From: a virus
Taxonomy: Duplodnaviria > Caudoviricetes
Direction: 5' to 3' (one strand)
Length of the DNA stretch: 64,000 nt
IMG/VR virus record: IMGVR_UViG_3300014205_000172
Span: 128,001 to 192,000 of that record
Numbering within the stretch: the stretch's first letter is position 1; the number at the start of each line of letters is the position of its first letter. The position numbers and the translations under genes are program-made. Shown here piece after piece: positions 1-10,851 of the stretch. The notes under the pieces were generated by a model. It saw nothing but the letters and a program-made list of their open reading frames with translations. It made no database searches and had not been told where the DNA came from.

Positions 1-1
1 T

Positions 2-2950
2 TTACTCGCCGGAAGTGTGGCGCTTGAAGTTAACCTCAATGCCGTCAATTACAGCGTAGGTACCGTCTGCCTGGAACGTCATTGACTTAGCCAGACACAG
101 TCGTGCAGTTTCATCCAGCAGTGTGACGATGCTGAAGTTGTTCTCAGCGCCGCCCAGGCCACTCAAGTTAGCGCTAATCAGATCATTACCCAGTGCGTTG
201 CGCACTGCTGTTTCCAAACCATCACGCGCTACAGACACTTCCTCCAGACCTTTTACGATCTGAGCAATAGCCGATGTCTGCATAGCTGCCCGAAGGTCAT
301 TGTCAGCGTAGACTATTTTGCTGACGTACAGATCAAGCGTCAGGAACTGAGCTGTATGCAGAGTAATGCGTTTGCTATCGTTAGCCAAACACTCTACAAA
401 CTTGAGCGTATTGCGGGGCTGGAAGAACAGATCGGTTTCGTCCAATGTGGCTTTACGTACAGGTCCTAATGTATCGTTGATCCATTCAACCAGGATCTGA
501 GGAACGTCACGTTTATATTGCACGTCGTTAACGTCAGTCGCAAACCGATAGACGCCATCAAATAAGACGAGGTCCCACCAACGAATGATGTTACGGTCAG
601 ATTCCATGATTGGGTTGTTGAACTCATCGAGTATGGCAGTGCCCTTCTCATGAAGGATTACCTGACTGCCATCGGCATTGAGTTTGATATCGCCTTTTGC
701 ATGCTCGATCACCAAACTCTTATTACCTTGAGCATCCGTCTCAAGCACAGGGTATTTCCCAGAAGCATCCCGCTTGTAATAGTTAGCCTCCCACTTTGCG
801 ACCACATCGGCTTCGTATTTAAGGAACTTACGCAACCCAATCATGCTCCGGCTCATCGCCCACAGACCAGTCAGCTCATCCCCCAAGTGAAGGCGAAGCG
901 TTTCGTGGTAGACGCCAACCGCACCATCGGGCAATAAGAACTTGCCCAACTTCTGGTCAACTTCCGTGTTGCTAAGCCCATCTACTGCGTAATCTGACAC
1001 TGCCCACAGAATTGAGAAATCATTCAGCAACGGCGTCGGGTACGATCGTTCGATAGGTTCAAACATATTGAAGTTGGTGGTGATCAGCCGGTGATCATTG
1101 ACGTTGACTACATCGATGTCCCAGTTGGACTTAATGATGAACTCAAAAACACGCTCACCGCTTACCAGGATTTGTTTACCGTTGATGTAGGCCAAGTCCT
1201 TTTCGCCAGGCGGCATGAATGCCATCTGCACATGAACCTGGTCGTCACGCAGTGCTTTCCACACGTCGTTAGAAATCGACTGAATGTGGATTACGTAACC
1301 TTCTTCAGTGCGGGTGATAGACCGCGTAGTGCTTGCACTGATGGTGAGGCCGAGCGTATCGTTACTGGCGACGTAAGATCCCAATGTGATCTCAGGCGCC
1401 GATAAGAAATACGGCCGGGCTTTAAAGGTATTGCCTGCGGTATCCAATACGTAATGCAAAGGCGTGTACAGGTACGTCCCATCACTCACAGCGTTAACCA
1501 GAGCGTCACCAGAGAGCGCTAACAGTTTAGCCAAGTCAGCATCAGAGACTATGGTCAAAACGCCGTCAATGTAACGATAGAGCGTCTTAGGTGTAACTGT
1601 GAGCCGCTCACCGTTGTCGACCACAGTAGCATGGCTTAGCAAGTCAGTAATGCTCGACTTATAAGTCACGACGGCCGTGTCGATCCCAGTGGTCACTTGA
1701 CCTTTGGTGTTGTCTGGCATAGCGCGAGATGCCAGATACGTCCTGTGGCTGATATCGTCGATGTTCATCGACGCTTCAAATCCAAGGTGGGCCAGCGTTG
1801 TCCCTACTTGGGCATTGCTGATTGGAACGACCTGCGCGCCAGTGGCGTTGGTTTGAATGCGCTGACGACGTACCGCAAAGGTAGGCGCCGCCGCGCCGCC
1901 AGAAACGGTGTCGGTACTCATTACGGTGATGGTGCTCATTTGTGACAATGGAGCACTGTAGATGCTGTTGTCGTCTTGGTCTAGATCCCGCCAGTTTGCA
2001 ACGAACGAATTATCAGTCATTCCGTTCAAAGTAACGTTCAAAGGACCTTTAGTGGTGTAGACGTCCACACGGATATCATGCGTCACCAAACCCGTCGCGT
2101 AATACACGTAGGGTAATTCAATGGTAAGCTGACCATTCAGTACCGTCAGCAGCACGGTCGGGTCAGTGGCGTCAAACACTTGCTGGCTATGAGTGGTCTT
2201 AATGGCTTTCCATTGATTCTGACTGTCGTTCACAAACGCGCGAGCGTAGTAAAACGAATCAGTCAGCGGTACTGTAGTCAGCAGCACCTTAGACCCAACC
2301 AGGCTATACTTGTACGTAGTCAGCAACATCTGCTTAACAAAGGTACGGATACGAATCATCCGCACAGGACCTTTGTTGTTTTCAGTGATATTGACAGTCA
2401 CCAGTTCCCAGTCGACCTTGTTCCCTCCAAGTGCCTGAAGAGGAGAAGGTTGACTACCGTCGTATACCACATCGATCGCACCATGAGGTTTGACGATAAA
2501 GGTGATCGGGTACTGGAATGTAAACACCATGTTGTTGACGGTGATCTGTGTATACCGAGGCATAACCAAACGACGCGTTGCAGTATCACCCACCTGCACA
2601 GCGTACTTGATGATCTCAGCCTCATCCACGTAGATGTCGAACCATACGCCCGCAGGGCTGCTGAAGTTACCTTCATAATCCACATCGGAAGCATGCATGT
2701 AGACGTCTTGTTCAGTCTGCGCCGTCTCCGGATATTGACGCCGGTCAAGGTTCTGGTCTTCGGAGATAGCCGCATAGGCCGTCAGGATTGAGATCTCTTC
2801 CAGATAAGGAAAAGGCATCGAAGGGTCAAGTACCATCTCCTCACCGTCAAACATACGGTTAAGATATCCGTTGACCAACGTCGCCAACCGAGTGGGCTCG
2901 TAACGAATCGCCGCCATGTCGGCTAAAATTTCACTGCTGGTGATCGTCAT
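2..2950 (-). CDS. Large virion structural protein, phiKZ gp87-like (probable baseplate component)
   Basis: 982-aa complete ORF; size, beta-rich content and position (divergent pair before the inner-body genes) fit recalled phiKZ-like synteny. Confidence 0.65.
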   Translation of the reverse strand: MTITSSEILADMAAIRYEPTRLATLVNGYLNRMFDGEEMVLDPSMPFPYLEEISILTAYAAISEDQNLDRRQYPETAQTEQDVYMHASDVDYEGNFSSPAGVWFDIYVDEAEIIKYAVQVGDTATRRLVMPRYTQITVNNMVFTFQYPITFIVKPHGAIDVVYDGSQPSPLQALGGNKVDWELVTVNITENNKGPVRMIRIRTFVKQMLLTTYKYSLVGSKVLLTTVPLTDSFYYARAFVNDSQNQWKAIKTTHSQQVFDATDPTVLLTVLNGQLTIELPYVYYATGLVTHDIRVDVYTTKGPLNVTLNGMTDNSFVANWRDLDQDDNSIYSAPLSQMSTITVMSTDTVSGGAAAPTFAVRRQRIQTNATGAQVVPISNAQVGTTLAHLGFEASMNIDDISHRTYLASRAMPDNTKGQVTTGIDTAVVTYKSSITDLLSHATVVDNGERLTVTPKTLYRYIDGVLTIVSDADLAKLLALSGDALVNAVSDGTYLYTPLHYVLDTAGNTFKARPYFLSAPEITLGSYVASNDTLGLTISASTTRSITRTEEGYVIHIQSISNDVWKALRDDQVHVQMAFMPPGEKDLAYINGKQILVSGERVFEFIIKSNWDIDVVNVNDHRLITTNFNMFEPIERSYPTPLLNDFSILWAVSDYAVDGLSNTEVDQKLGKFLLPDGAVGVYHETLRLHLGDELTGLWAMSRSMIGLRKFLKYEADVVAKWEANYYKRDASGKYPVLETDAQGNKSLVIEHAKGDIKLNADGSQVILHEKGTAILDEFNNPIMESDRNIIRWWDLVLFDGVYRFATDVNDVQYKRDVPQILVEWINDTLGPVRKATLDETDLFFQPRNTLKFVECLANDSKRITLHTAQFLTLDLYVSKIVYADNDLRAAMQTSAIAQIVKGLEEVSVARDGLETAVRNALGNDLISANLSGLGGAENNFSIVTLLDETARLCLAKSMTFQADGTYAVIDGIEVNFKRHTSGE

Positions 2951-2953
2951 TTA

Positions 2954-4048
2954 TCAGAGCCCTTTAATCAGTTTTGCGTAATCGTCGTTAGCCACCCACC
3001 ATTCAAACTCCATGGTTTGTAGATTGATCCACGGGTAGCCATGATAGTTAGTGGCCGCAATGTACTGACGGTCCACTTTGGTGTAGACTTGTTTGCGTTT
3101 ATCGTCGGCCATGTTTGGATTGGCACGGGAGATACGCAGGTTGAATTCGTACAGCTGGATAGGGTCGTTATAACAAGCCCCTACGCAGGCAAACTGAACA
3201 GAGTAAGATTTGTTTTCAAACTCATACCCCTCTTCGCGGTTGTACGCCATCCCTGCACCTAGTGAAAGGTTGGTTGGAAATGAGGCGCCGGTGTGGAACC
3301 ATTGCTCAATCTTACGCCCCGTGATGTCGAACTTATATCGCTCGATACGGGTGAAGTAATCCATCTTGTCCTGACGACGACTCTCAGGGTGGGGGATGAT
3401 TGGCCCAGTCCGCAGATAACCAATGTAGTTAATCCAGGAGTGGAGCGCTAACCCCATGACGTTACCTTTAATGTTGTTAAAGGTGCAGGTCAAATCGAAG
3501 TAGCCATTATATTGTGAAATGCTGTCGTTCATCAACCAGACTTCTTTTGCCATACCCTCAGGTGAGCGGTAGGCGTTAAGTTGGATGTCCGGTGGTGAAC
3601 TCATGGTCTGAATCAAGTTTGTGAATAGATTCAGATAAGGCATCTGCGGATCAACCAAAGGAGACTTAGCTGGTCGCTTATCGCCCCCTGTTGGCGTCCC
3701 TCCGTAGGTGGTCGTATCGAGCATCATCCGAACCGCATATTGGTAGCTAGTCGGGTCTTGCACGAATAACGCTGCCAGATTCCGCACTGTGGCAATGTTA
3801 TCGTATGATAAATTGAGATTGGGCCTTGTAAACAATACAAGGCCCTGATCCTCACGATGCAGTGGCAGTGGCGCTAAGTTAGATAAGCGGTTAATGCCGT
3901 AGAACACATCTGCATAACGGCCGTACTCACTACCCCCACCCATGCTGCGGGAGATGTTATCCATGACCGCATATTGATCGGACAGGCCTTGTTGGTCTGC
4001 CACGTACTGCATTAGCTTCGAGTAATAAAAATCAGTTTCAGCGCCCAT
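2954..4048 (-). CDS. Virion structural protein, phiKZ gp88-like
   Basis: 364-aa ORF with FTRPNLNLS and DYFTRIERY segments typical of this family; SD GAGG upstream; synteny. Confidence 0.65.
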   Translation of the reverse strand: MGAETDFYYSKLMQYVADQQGLSDQYAVMDNISRSMGGGSEYGRYADVFYGINRLSNLAPLPLHREDQGLVLFTRPNLNLSYDNIATVRNLAALFVQDPTSYQYAVRMMLDTTTYGGTPTGGDKRPAKSPLVDPQMPYLNLFTNLIQTMSSPPDIQLNAYRSPEGMAKEVWLMNDSISQYNGYFDLTCTFNNIKGNVMGLALHSWINYIGYLRTGPIIPHPESRRQDKMDYFTRIERYKFDITGRKIEQWFHTGASFPTNLSLGAGMAYNREEGYEFENKSYSVQFACVGACYNDPIQLYEFNLRISRANPNMADDKRKQVYTKVDRQYIAATNYHGYPWINLQTMEFEWWVANDDYAKLIKGL

Positions 4049-4110
4049 AAACCAGCCTCACTAAATTACGCGTTTGTTTTGAACACAAATTGGGGTTAGA
4101 GGAGACATCG

Positions 4111-5409
4111 ATGAGTATCTCTAGTATTCTTTCAGCAGCAGGTTCTGTTGCCAAAATCGGCGGTATCGCACTGGGCGGTCACTTAGCATATCGGGCAAGT
4201 GAAAAGCTTGCAGACAAATTGGTTGACACATCTGTCAGCAAAGCCATTGACGCAATCATCAATGCGTGGAGCCGCGGTGCCGGTCAGAGTCTGGCCAGCT
4301 ATGGTTCATCTCTGCGTGTCGAACCCTACACCCTGATCGACAGTCGGCTGCTCCGTTTGCCTTACACGAAAGATGTACTCAACATCGCTCAGCGTCATTT
4401 CAGCTGCCTGTACCTGATGGCCCAGGCTAGCGACAACACCATCGACGGTATCAAAGTTTCTTCCCGTATCGACAAGTTCTCACCGGACCGTAACCTGCAA
4501 GCAGCGACTGCCGACTTCCTGCAAGGCCGCGGCGGTAAGAACTGGCTTTCAACTGAGTCATATCAATTCGGCTTGCCGTTTCCGAACGAGCGCGATGGTC
4601 TGGAACGCTTCGCAACCTACAGCAGCGAAGCCGCTATGCCAGGCAACCCTGCTGGTACTAAAGACCCTAAGGCCAAGGAAGATAAGGCTAAGGAAGATAA
4701 GGCCAAGGAAGAGGAAGTCAAAAAGCAGTCAGTGGCATTTGCTACCAATACCGCTAAGGCCATCCAGGATGTATCCGATCTGTCGATCGGCCAGGTGATT
4801 GACGTCAACGTCACCAATGGTAAGCAAAGCATGGTGCTGCCAATTCAGATCCGTCTGAAAACCATCGGGATGGAACCTGTGTCTCTGGCGGAACTGCTGG
4901 CGCTCGGCGGTGAAGATAACAGCCTGGATGCTCGCTGGATGCGGATGCGTGTGGGCGACTTGACTGGCTGGCGTAATCTGGTCTTCCAAACAGATCGTGT
5001 TGATCGCTATCGCCGCGCTGCCGTCGCTGACAAGTCGGGTTATCTGCGTAAAGCTGTGGCGCGTGATAACAAAGCACTGATGGCTACCGCACTGACTGGC
5101 GAACCATCGGTAGGTGCCGCTTCTTCTATTGCCGTGATTTCCAAAGAAACCGCGCGTGAAGCCGAAGAGTTGATGAACGGCCGCTTGTCCGATTTCGCTA
5201 CTCGTCAATCCATCTTCGATCAGGGTCTGATGCTCCTGCTCTTTGTGGTAGATGCCGACCACGAAACTGTGACTATCTACACCCGCGATATCGACAACAG
5301 TGCGACTTACGCCATCCGCGATGTGAAATCGTCGAGCAGTGATTCGAAATCTGACCTCACTGACATCATGCGTTCGTATCTGGAAGGTCGTATTCCAGGT
5401 CGTCTGTAA
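4111..5409 (+). CDS. Inner-body/head protein, phiKZ gp89-like
   Basis: GAGGAG SD before ATG 4111; RVEPYTLID motif; internal STES/SSEA processing-type sites; synteny. Confidence 0.7.
   Translation: MSISSILSAAGSVAKIGGIALGGHLAYRASEKLADKLVDTSVSKAIDAIINAWSRGAGQSLASYGSSLRVEPYTLIDSRLLRLPYTKDVLNIAQRHFSCLYLMAQASDNTIDGIKVSSRIDKFSPDRNLQAATADFLQGRGGKNWLSTESYQFGLPFPNERDGLERFATYSSEAAMPGNPAGTKDPKAKEDKAKEDKAKEEEVKKQSVAFATNTAKAIQDVSDLSIGQVIDVNVTNGKQSMVLPIQIRLKTIGMEPVSLAELLALGGEDNSLDARWMRMRVGDLTGWRNLVFQTDRVDRYRRAAVADKSGYLRKAVARDNKALMATALTGEPSVGAASSIAVISKETAREAEELMNGRLSDFATRQSIFDQGLMLLLFVVDADHETVTIYTRDIDNSATYAIRDVKSSSSDSKSDLTDIMRSYLEGRIPGRL
4669..4713 (+). repeat. Three tandem 15-bp repeats encoding KAKED
   Basis: AAGGCYAAGGAAGAK x3, in frame within the gp89-like gene. 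Confidence 0.9.
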
Positions 5410-5435
5410 TCCATCTTTAAAGAGACTCCGCATCT

Positions 5436-6338
5436 ATGGACATCTTAGCGTTTCTGAAAAACATCCTCCCCTCGTTCACTAAAAAGGACCTGCGGGAAAA
5501 GTTGCGTACAATCTCCAGTAAGTTTTCGGAGATCCTTCGCCCTACCGCTGAAACTGTCTTTGAAGATATTGATGAGCGTAAAGCTAAATCGACCTTCTTC
5601 AAGACGTTCGTCCGGGAACTGTTGTCCGAATCAACGGCGGCTGTACGCAATGCGGCTGGTCCTTACAAGCTGGTCTTCATGACGGCAGCTGGTAACGGTC
5701 AGAAGCTGCTGGAGCTCATCGAGCAGTATGTCGATAAGAACGTACCTTCGACGATCCATATTGAAGGTGTGACCTATCAGACGGGCTCCGTACTGAGGCT
5801 GGTTGAGCTTCTCGACTTCTTCGCCGATTACAGCATGCGTAACTTCAACTTCATTGCAGCATCTGAAAGTGAGATTGAGGCATTCGACAAGCCCGACATC
5901 AATCCTTCGACGCCTTCTGAACTAAAGTACCTGCAACGCCACCGTGCTGATTATTTCAAGGTGATGTCGCTGTTGGCAAAAGATGGTAAGGTCATCATGG
6001 CTATGTTGGATGACCTGCCTGAGATCACCCTGGGGGATGTCGACGGTAGCAACTCTCCGACGTTGGCAGGCGCTCAGGGTGATCCATTGCAACTGGGCAT
6101 CATCCCGGTCGTGTCGAGCATCTTCCACCGCATCGGTATCACGCTGGTCAACTATGAGCTCGATCGTTATGACCGAGCTCTGAAAGACAAACGCGTCATC
6201 GAAATGCGTCTGGAGGCTTTGCGTAACCGTCGCAACGGTAACCCGGACGCCGCAATTGAAGCGGTCATCGACGGTTACGATCGTGAGCTGTTTGTACTGC
6301 GTCAGAAGATCTCTGACTACGAGGAGCGTGCCAGATGA
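5436..6338 (+). CDS. Inner-body/head protein, phiKZ gp90-like
   Basis: 300-aa helical ORF starting MDILAFLKNILPSF with C-terminal coiled coil; synteny. Confidence 0.65.
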   Translation: MDILAFLKNILPSFTKKDLREKLRTISSKFSEILRPTAETVFEDIDERKAKSTFFKTFVRELLSESTAAVRNAAGPYKLVFMTAAGNGQKLLELIEQYVDKNVPSTIHIEGVTYQTGSVLRLVELLDFFADYSMRNFNFIAASESEIEAFDKPDINPSTPSELKYLQRHRADYFKVMSLLAKDGKVIMAMLDDLPEITLGDVDGSNSPTLAGAQGDPLQLGIIPVVSSIFHRIGITLVNYELDRYDRALKDKRVIEMRLEALRNRRNGNPDAAIEAVIDGYDRELFVLRQKISDYEERAR

Positions 6339-6850
6339 CAGTCGTCTACACGCACCGTGGATTCCCGGTGTCGCTGGCGATCTCCGGGCAAATTGATTCG
6401 GTTTACGAATCTCCAGAAGTCAGCGATATTTACAGAGCACGTATCGCACCTATCCGTCCGAACTTCGCAGTTGAGTTGGATCAGGTAGCTAGTATGACCA
6501 GGGAATGGTCGATCACCCGTGGCTTCTTCGTTGCCGCACTGGACCCGGCTACCCGCATTGGCGGGTCTGTCCAGTCCTTCATCGCGGAGACCGCGATGTA
6601 CCTGACGGGTCGCATCACACGGCGGCGTGTGTCGTTTCAAGATCGTGGATTGCTGATCAAAGAAGACGCTGCCGCCACAGCCCGTGTTCCATCTTTCACC
6701 CAGTCTGAATTGATGGCCATTACCGAACTGGCTAACATTGAGCCAGAGGCATTGATTCAGCTTTGGATCACCCGTGTAGGTGTCGATGACCTGTCCAGTA
6801 CCCTACAGTTATATGTAGGCGACCGTTCTCGGGCCTCAGCTCTGCAATAA
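6335..6850 (+). CDS. Virion-associated protein, phiKZ gp91-like
   Basis: 171-aa ORF with ATGA overlap; synteny. Confidence 0.55.
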   Translation: MTVVYTHRGFPVSLAISGQIDSVYESPEVSDIYRARIAPIRPNFAVELDQVASMTREWSITRGFFVAALDPATRIGGSVQSFIAETAMYLTGRITRRRVSFQDRGLLIKEDAAATARVPSFTQSELMAITELANIEPEALIQLWITRVGVDDLSSTLQLYVGDRSRASALQ

Positions 6851-6904
6851 GCGTATACGCAGTCGGTATGCAACCGACACTTAATGTCTAATGGAGTCAA
6901 CAAC

Positions 6905-8221
6905 ATGTCCACAGCTTTCACGCAAGCGATGATGAGTATCTCGATCGAATCCGGCGAGATTCCGAAGCCGGAAGAAGACTACGATCACAGCGGTGTCGGC
7001 GCCGAAGAATTCGTCGTTGTGACCGACGAAACCCAAACCGAGCTGGAAGAAGCCGTTGCTGACACCGCTGAAAAAGTTGAGCGGATGCTGGAAAACGACA
7101 CCGCTGCTGAAAAGATCGTCGAAGCCGTTGATTGCCTGGAAGCTATCCAGGTTCAACTGAGCACCGAAGCAGCCGCTGGCCGCCCTCTGGCCGGTTTCGC
7201 AGTACCCCTGCTGAACCAGCTGATCGCCTCCTCGATGGAAGCCCGCCAAATCCCGGCCGGTATCTACGAAAGCGCCGTGATGGAAATCCAACAGTCCTTC
7301 GAAAGCAACCGCTTCGAAGACTACACCACCGAAGCTGAAGAAAAGACCGAAGGTCTGATCAGCAAGCTGATGAACATGCTGAAGGCTGCGGCCAAAGCGG
7401 TGTGGACCTACATCACCGAATTCTTCACCACCATCGGCCGTTCCGGCACCGCCATCAAAAACGGCGGCACCCAGATCAAGCGCATGGCGGCCAAGCTGAC
7501 TGGCGAGCTGAAGAAAGAAGAACTGAAAGCGTCGGGTTACAACCTGCTGAACAGCGGCGGTTCTTTCAGTCCCGCTGCTGCCGTTAACGCCGTGACTGCT
7601 GGTTACAGCACCATCGCTCTGGCAGCCTTCGGCGAAATCACCGGCCTGATCAAGCCTTGGGTTAACAGCGTCTCGCTGACCCCAACCGTGAAGACCGTCA
7701 ACCTGCAAGCCATGAATGGCTCGGTCAAATCGACCGAACACGATCTGCCAGGCGGTTACAAGGCTGCTCTGAAACCAGGCGCTGGCGAAGGCGTTGCTGC
7801 TGTATCGGGCGCCAAGTTCACCATCACCGGTCCTGAAAAGAAAGCCGGTCCTGAAAAAACCGCTCCGCTGACCAAAGGCGAGCTGGAAGCACTGGGTTCG
7901 GCTCTGGAATCCCTGGGCAGCCGCCTGCTGGAATCCAAGAAGTCGGGTACCGTGGTTCTCCAGGCTCAGAAAACCCTGCTGGACGAAGTCGACGGCAAGC
8001 TGAAAGCGATCAAGGGCGACGACAAAGAAGGTGCGAAGAAAGCTCGCGCCATCGTTGCCGAAGTGAGCAAAGCGCTGAACGCCGGCAAGACCATCATCCC
8101 TACCTACCTCGACTTCGCGTCGAAAGTCGGTAAGCAAGGTTACAACTTCGGCAAGGCGTCCCTGGGCGCCTACGGCAAGAAAGTCGAAGAGAAAAAGCCT
8201 GAAGAAAAAGCTGCCGTATAA
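6905..8221 (+). CDS. Internal head protein (phiKZ_IP / gp93-type family)
   Basis: GGAG SD before ATG 6905; acidic propeptide with SIE, SME, SFE sites, then YTTEAEEK and amphipathic helix; strong high-expression codon bias. Confidence 0.8.
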   Translation: MSTAFTQAMMSISIESGEIPKPEEDYDHSGVGAEEFVVVTDETQTELEEAVADTAEKVERMLENDTAAEKIVEAVDCLEAIQVQLSTEAAAGRPLAGFAVPLLNQLIASSMEARQIPAGIYESAVMEIQQSFESNRFEDYTTEAEEKTEGLISKLMNMLKAAAKAVWTYITEFFTTIGRSGTAIKNGGTQIKRMAAKLTGELKKEELKASGYNLLNSGGSFSPAAAVNAVTAGYSTIALAAFGEITGLIKPWVNSVSLTPTVKTVNLQAMNGSVKSTEHDLPGGYKAALKPGAGEGVAAVSGAKFTITGPEKKAGPEKTAPLTKGELEALGSALESLGSRLLESKKSGTVVLQAQKTLLDEVDGKLKAIKGDDKEGAKKARAIVAEVSKALNAGKTIIPTYLDFASKVGKQGYNFGKASLGAYGKKVEEKKPEEKAAV

Positions 8222-8250
8222 GCCATAGCGGCACGGCTTATAGTGACTAA

Positions 8251-8280
8251 CATAAAGCGGGGCTTCGGCTCCGCTTTATG
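8251..8280. terminator. CATA-hairpin-TATG element (UUCG loop)
   Basis: CATAAAGCGGGGC-TTCG-GCTCCGCTTTATG. Confidence 0.75.
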
Positions 8281-8319
8281 CTGTACTCTATGGTATAACC
8301 CACCAATAGGACACCAACC

Positions 8320-9486
8320 ATGGTGATCAATTTTGCAAGTCAAGGGGATGAAAGTCCACTACTTGATTTAATGGAATGCGACCGCGCACTTCAGAGTTCT
8401 TTTGAAGCCATGCAACGCTCAATCCAGTCGGCTGATGCGTTAGGTCAACTTCAGGAACTTTCCCCTGAGAACTTCAGGGCTGCTGTAGGTCCTGTCATGT
8501 CCGCTTTGACTGCCGGCACCACGGTGGACCTTGAAGGATTCACTTACAGCCAAGAAGCCATGAGTGTCAGTGCGATGGGTGTGCTTAAAGCCATTGGTCG
8601 CGCTATTGCTGAGTTCTTTAAAGCCGTGCTTGATTTCCTTACCTCTTTAGATCTGGCTGCAATCTGGCTGGGCCGTAAGGTATCGGTATTGGCTAAAACG
8701 GTTCCGACCACCAGCGGGATGCAGGCAACCGTCCCCACGATCACAATGGGTCGGCAGGCTAAGTTCCTACGAGTTGGCGCTAAGTACATCCGCGAAGCCA
8801 ATCGGTTAGAGCAGGAACTTAAGTACCTGGATAAAGCCATTGATGTAATCTCGGGTACTTACACACACTCCCTGCTTGAAACAGCCACCGACATGCCTGG
8901 TGCTGTCCGTGGTAAGTCAGGGGATATGCTAGAGTTGGCGATGGTTGAACTGATCGAAAAGATCAAGTTCGATAAAGTGGCTCAAGATCTTGAAATGCAA
9001 GCTGCGCCTCAGGAACGTTTTAATCGCGCGAATGTTCAGGTAAGTAAGCCGCTGCTTGGCGGACACAGCATTTTTTATCTTCAGTCTGACCTACTTAAGA
9101 AAGGTGTGTCAGGTTTTACTTTTCACGGCCTGATGTATGAGAAGACTACAAGTAGTGAACTCAAGATCGACAGCCATGTTGATTTCGATGTCCTGCGTCC
9201 TAATCAAATTGGCCACATTCCAGAAATCCTTAAATCGGTGCTGGGTAGTCTTTCGTCGGCATCTAACCTGCCTGTTCGCACTGCTATCAACCACGCTAAG
9301 TCGTCGCTCAATAACCTGACTAACAACATGGAAGGTACTGAGCATGATATCAGCCTAGTACGTCGTACCGTTTCAGCATTAACGTATTGGATGGGTAACC
9401 CTTCCCGTATGCTGTATTCCAACTCAATGTCCGTAGTCAGGGCTAGTATTGCTTACTGCGAAGATTCCATCAAAACTTACAAATAG
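8320..9486 (+). CDS. Internal head protein paralogue
   Basis: SFE and SQE sites, then amphipathic LKAIGRAIAEFFKAVLDFL helix. Confidence 0.7.
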   Translation: MVINFASQGDESPLLDLMECDRALQSSFEAMQRSIQSADALGQLQELSPENFRAAVGPVMSALTAGTTVDLEGFTYSQEAMSVSAMGVLKAIGRAIAEFFKAVLDFLTSLDLAAIWLGRKVSVLAKTVPTTSGMQATVPTITMGRQAKFLRVGAKYIREANRLEQELKYLDKAIDVISGTYTHSLLETATDMPGAVRGKSGDMLELAMVELIEKIKFDKVAQDLEMQAAPQERFNRANVQVSKPLLGGHSIFYLQSDLLKKGVSGFTFHGLMYEKTTSSELKIDSHVDFDVLRPNQIGHIPEILKSVLGSLSSASNLPVRTAINHAKSSLNNLTNNMEGTEHDISLVRRTVSALTYWMGNPSRMLYSNSMSVVRASIAYCEDSIKTYK

Positions 9487-9494
9487 GTGATAGT

Positions 9495-10793
9495 GTGACT
9501 CGATTTATCAGTGACTTCAAACGCAGTCTTAGCGGAGCCAGCCTTGAATCGGCAGAAGTACCTGCAGTGCCAACGGAACCTATTCACGAAGGTGCTGTAA
9601 CTCAAGAAGATATCGACAGCGTGCGTGAACACCGTGCTGCGGTGATTGATGTGGTCCAAGATCTGAAAGCGCTCAATGTTGACTCGGAAACGATCAGCGA
9701 TGTCACCAGCGCGATCCGTACGGTATCCACACCGCTTGAGAACGCCGACAAGCTAACGCCGGGTAACGCCCAAACTTACATCGGTCTGTCCAACATCGGC
9801 GCGGATCAAGCAGAGAAGGTGCTCGACACCACCATTCCTCGCCTGCAAGAAGCTGGTAATGGCATCACGGGCGAATCGATGGAAGGTGTGGCGGGTTGGG
9901 TAGCCTCGGCTACTAAAAGCCTGTGGAATGCCGCTGGTAAGTTCTTTGAACGCATTGCCACAGGCTTTGCTCGGATGAACACCACTTCTCAAGGTTTCCA
10001 CAACCGTATTGCTCGTATCCAGGGTAAGATGAGAAGCCGTAAGGGCGATGGCGGCAAACCTCTGTCGATGGCGGCTCGCACACGCGCTCTGTTGATCGAA
10101 GGCAATGGTTTCGTCTCGGCGCACAATGGCGGTGAAGAACTGAAGAAGTTTTCTACTGTGGCACTCGGCATTGTCAATGAGCTTGAGAAATACATGCTCG
10201 AAGTCGACAGCGCTGCGAAGAATGAACTGATGGGCGCTCTGATCAATAACTTTGATCGGGGCGAGACCGTCATTGACAGTTCTGAATACGCGACGAAGAT
10301 TGCTTCACTGCTGAGTGCGCAAGGCGGTCAGATGCTGGGCAATGCCAAGTACGAGATCCGTGAAGAACGTGGTCGTTCACGCATCCTCAACTGCGTGTTG
10401 GTCAATTCGGTACCTTCGGCTTCGGACATGGTGAAACACTTGGATGCTCCGGTATCCTTGCCCCCTGCCGATGTCGTTCATCTGCTGAGTCAGATTTCTG
10501 ACGTGGTTACGCACCAAACCACGCAACTTCAGCACATCATCAAATCCACCGAAAGTTCGTTCAAACAGCTGCGCGGTGTGATTGACTCGATGACAGAGCA
10601 GAAGTTCGATGAGAAAGGTGAAGCGATGGTGCATGGCCACGACGCCAACATCCATCGCCTGATCCGTCTTGAGAACACTCTGGTGGATGAGCTTAGCGAT
10701 ATTGCTAAGGCGATGACACGCCACCAGAGTGATCTGATCGTTCGTATCGACGCAGTACTGACCCTTGCGGAAGAGTCAGTGTTCCAGGACTAA
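9495..10793 (+). CDS. Internal head protein paralogue
   Basis: GTG start with AGGT SD; SLES and SMEG sites, then WVASATKSLWNAAGKFF helix. Confidence 0.7.
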   Translation: MTRFISDFKRSLSGASLESAEVPAVPTEPIHEGAVTQEDIDSVREHRAAVIDVVQDLKALNVDSETISDVTSAIRTVSTPLENADKLTPGNAQTYIGLSNIGADQAEKVLDTTIPRLQEAGNGITGESMEGVAGWVASATKSLWNAAGKFFERIATGFARMNTTSQGFHNRIARIQGKMRSRKGDGGKPLSMAARTRALLIEGNGFVSAHNGGEELKKFSTVALGIVNELEKYMLEVDSAAKNELMGALINNFDRGETVIDSSEYATKIASLLSAQGGQMLGNAKYEIREERGRSRILNCVLVNSVPSASDMVKHLDAPVSLPPADVVHLLSQISDVVTHQTTQLQHIIKSTESSFKQLRGVIDSMTEQKFDEKGEAMVHGHDANIHRLIRLENTLVDELSDIAKAMTRHQSDLIVRIDAVLTLAEESVFQD

Positions 10794-10801
10794 CCACTGA
10801 C

Positions 10802-10835
10802 CATAGAGGGAGGGTCAGCTGACCCTCCCTCTATG
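10802..10835. repeat. Perfect 34-bp palindrome of the CATA...TATG class
   Basis: CATAGAGGGAGGGTCAG|CTGACCCTCCCTCTATG with no spacer. Confidence 0.9.
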
Positions 10836-10851
10836 ACGTTTAGGAGTACGT

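Noticed and set aside
6881-8137. Long antisense ORFs (also 17199-18275, 19987-20736, 28516-30357, 36195-37151, 49446-50585, 59817-60827)
   Set aside because: They mirror strongly codon-biased genes on the opposite strand, lack SDs and have no recognisable motifs; typical shadow ORFs.
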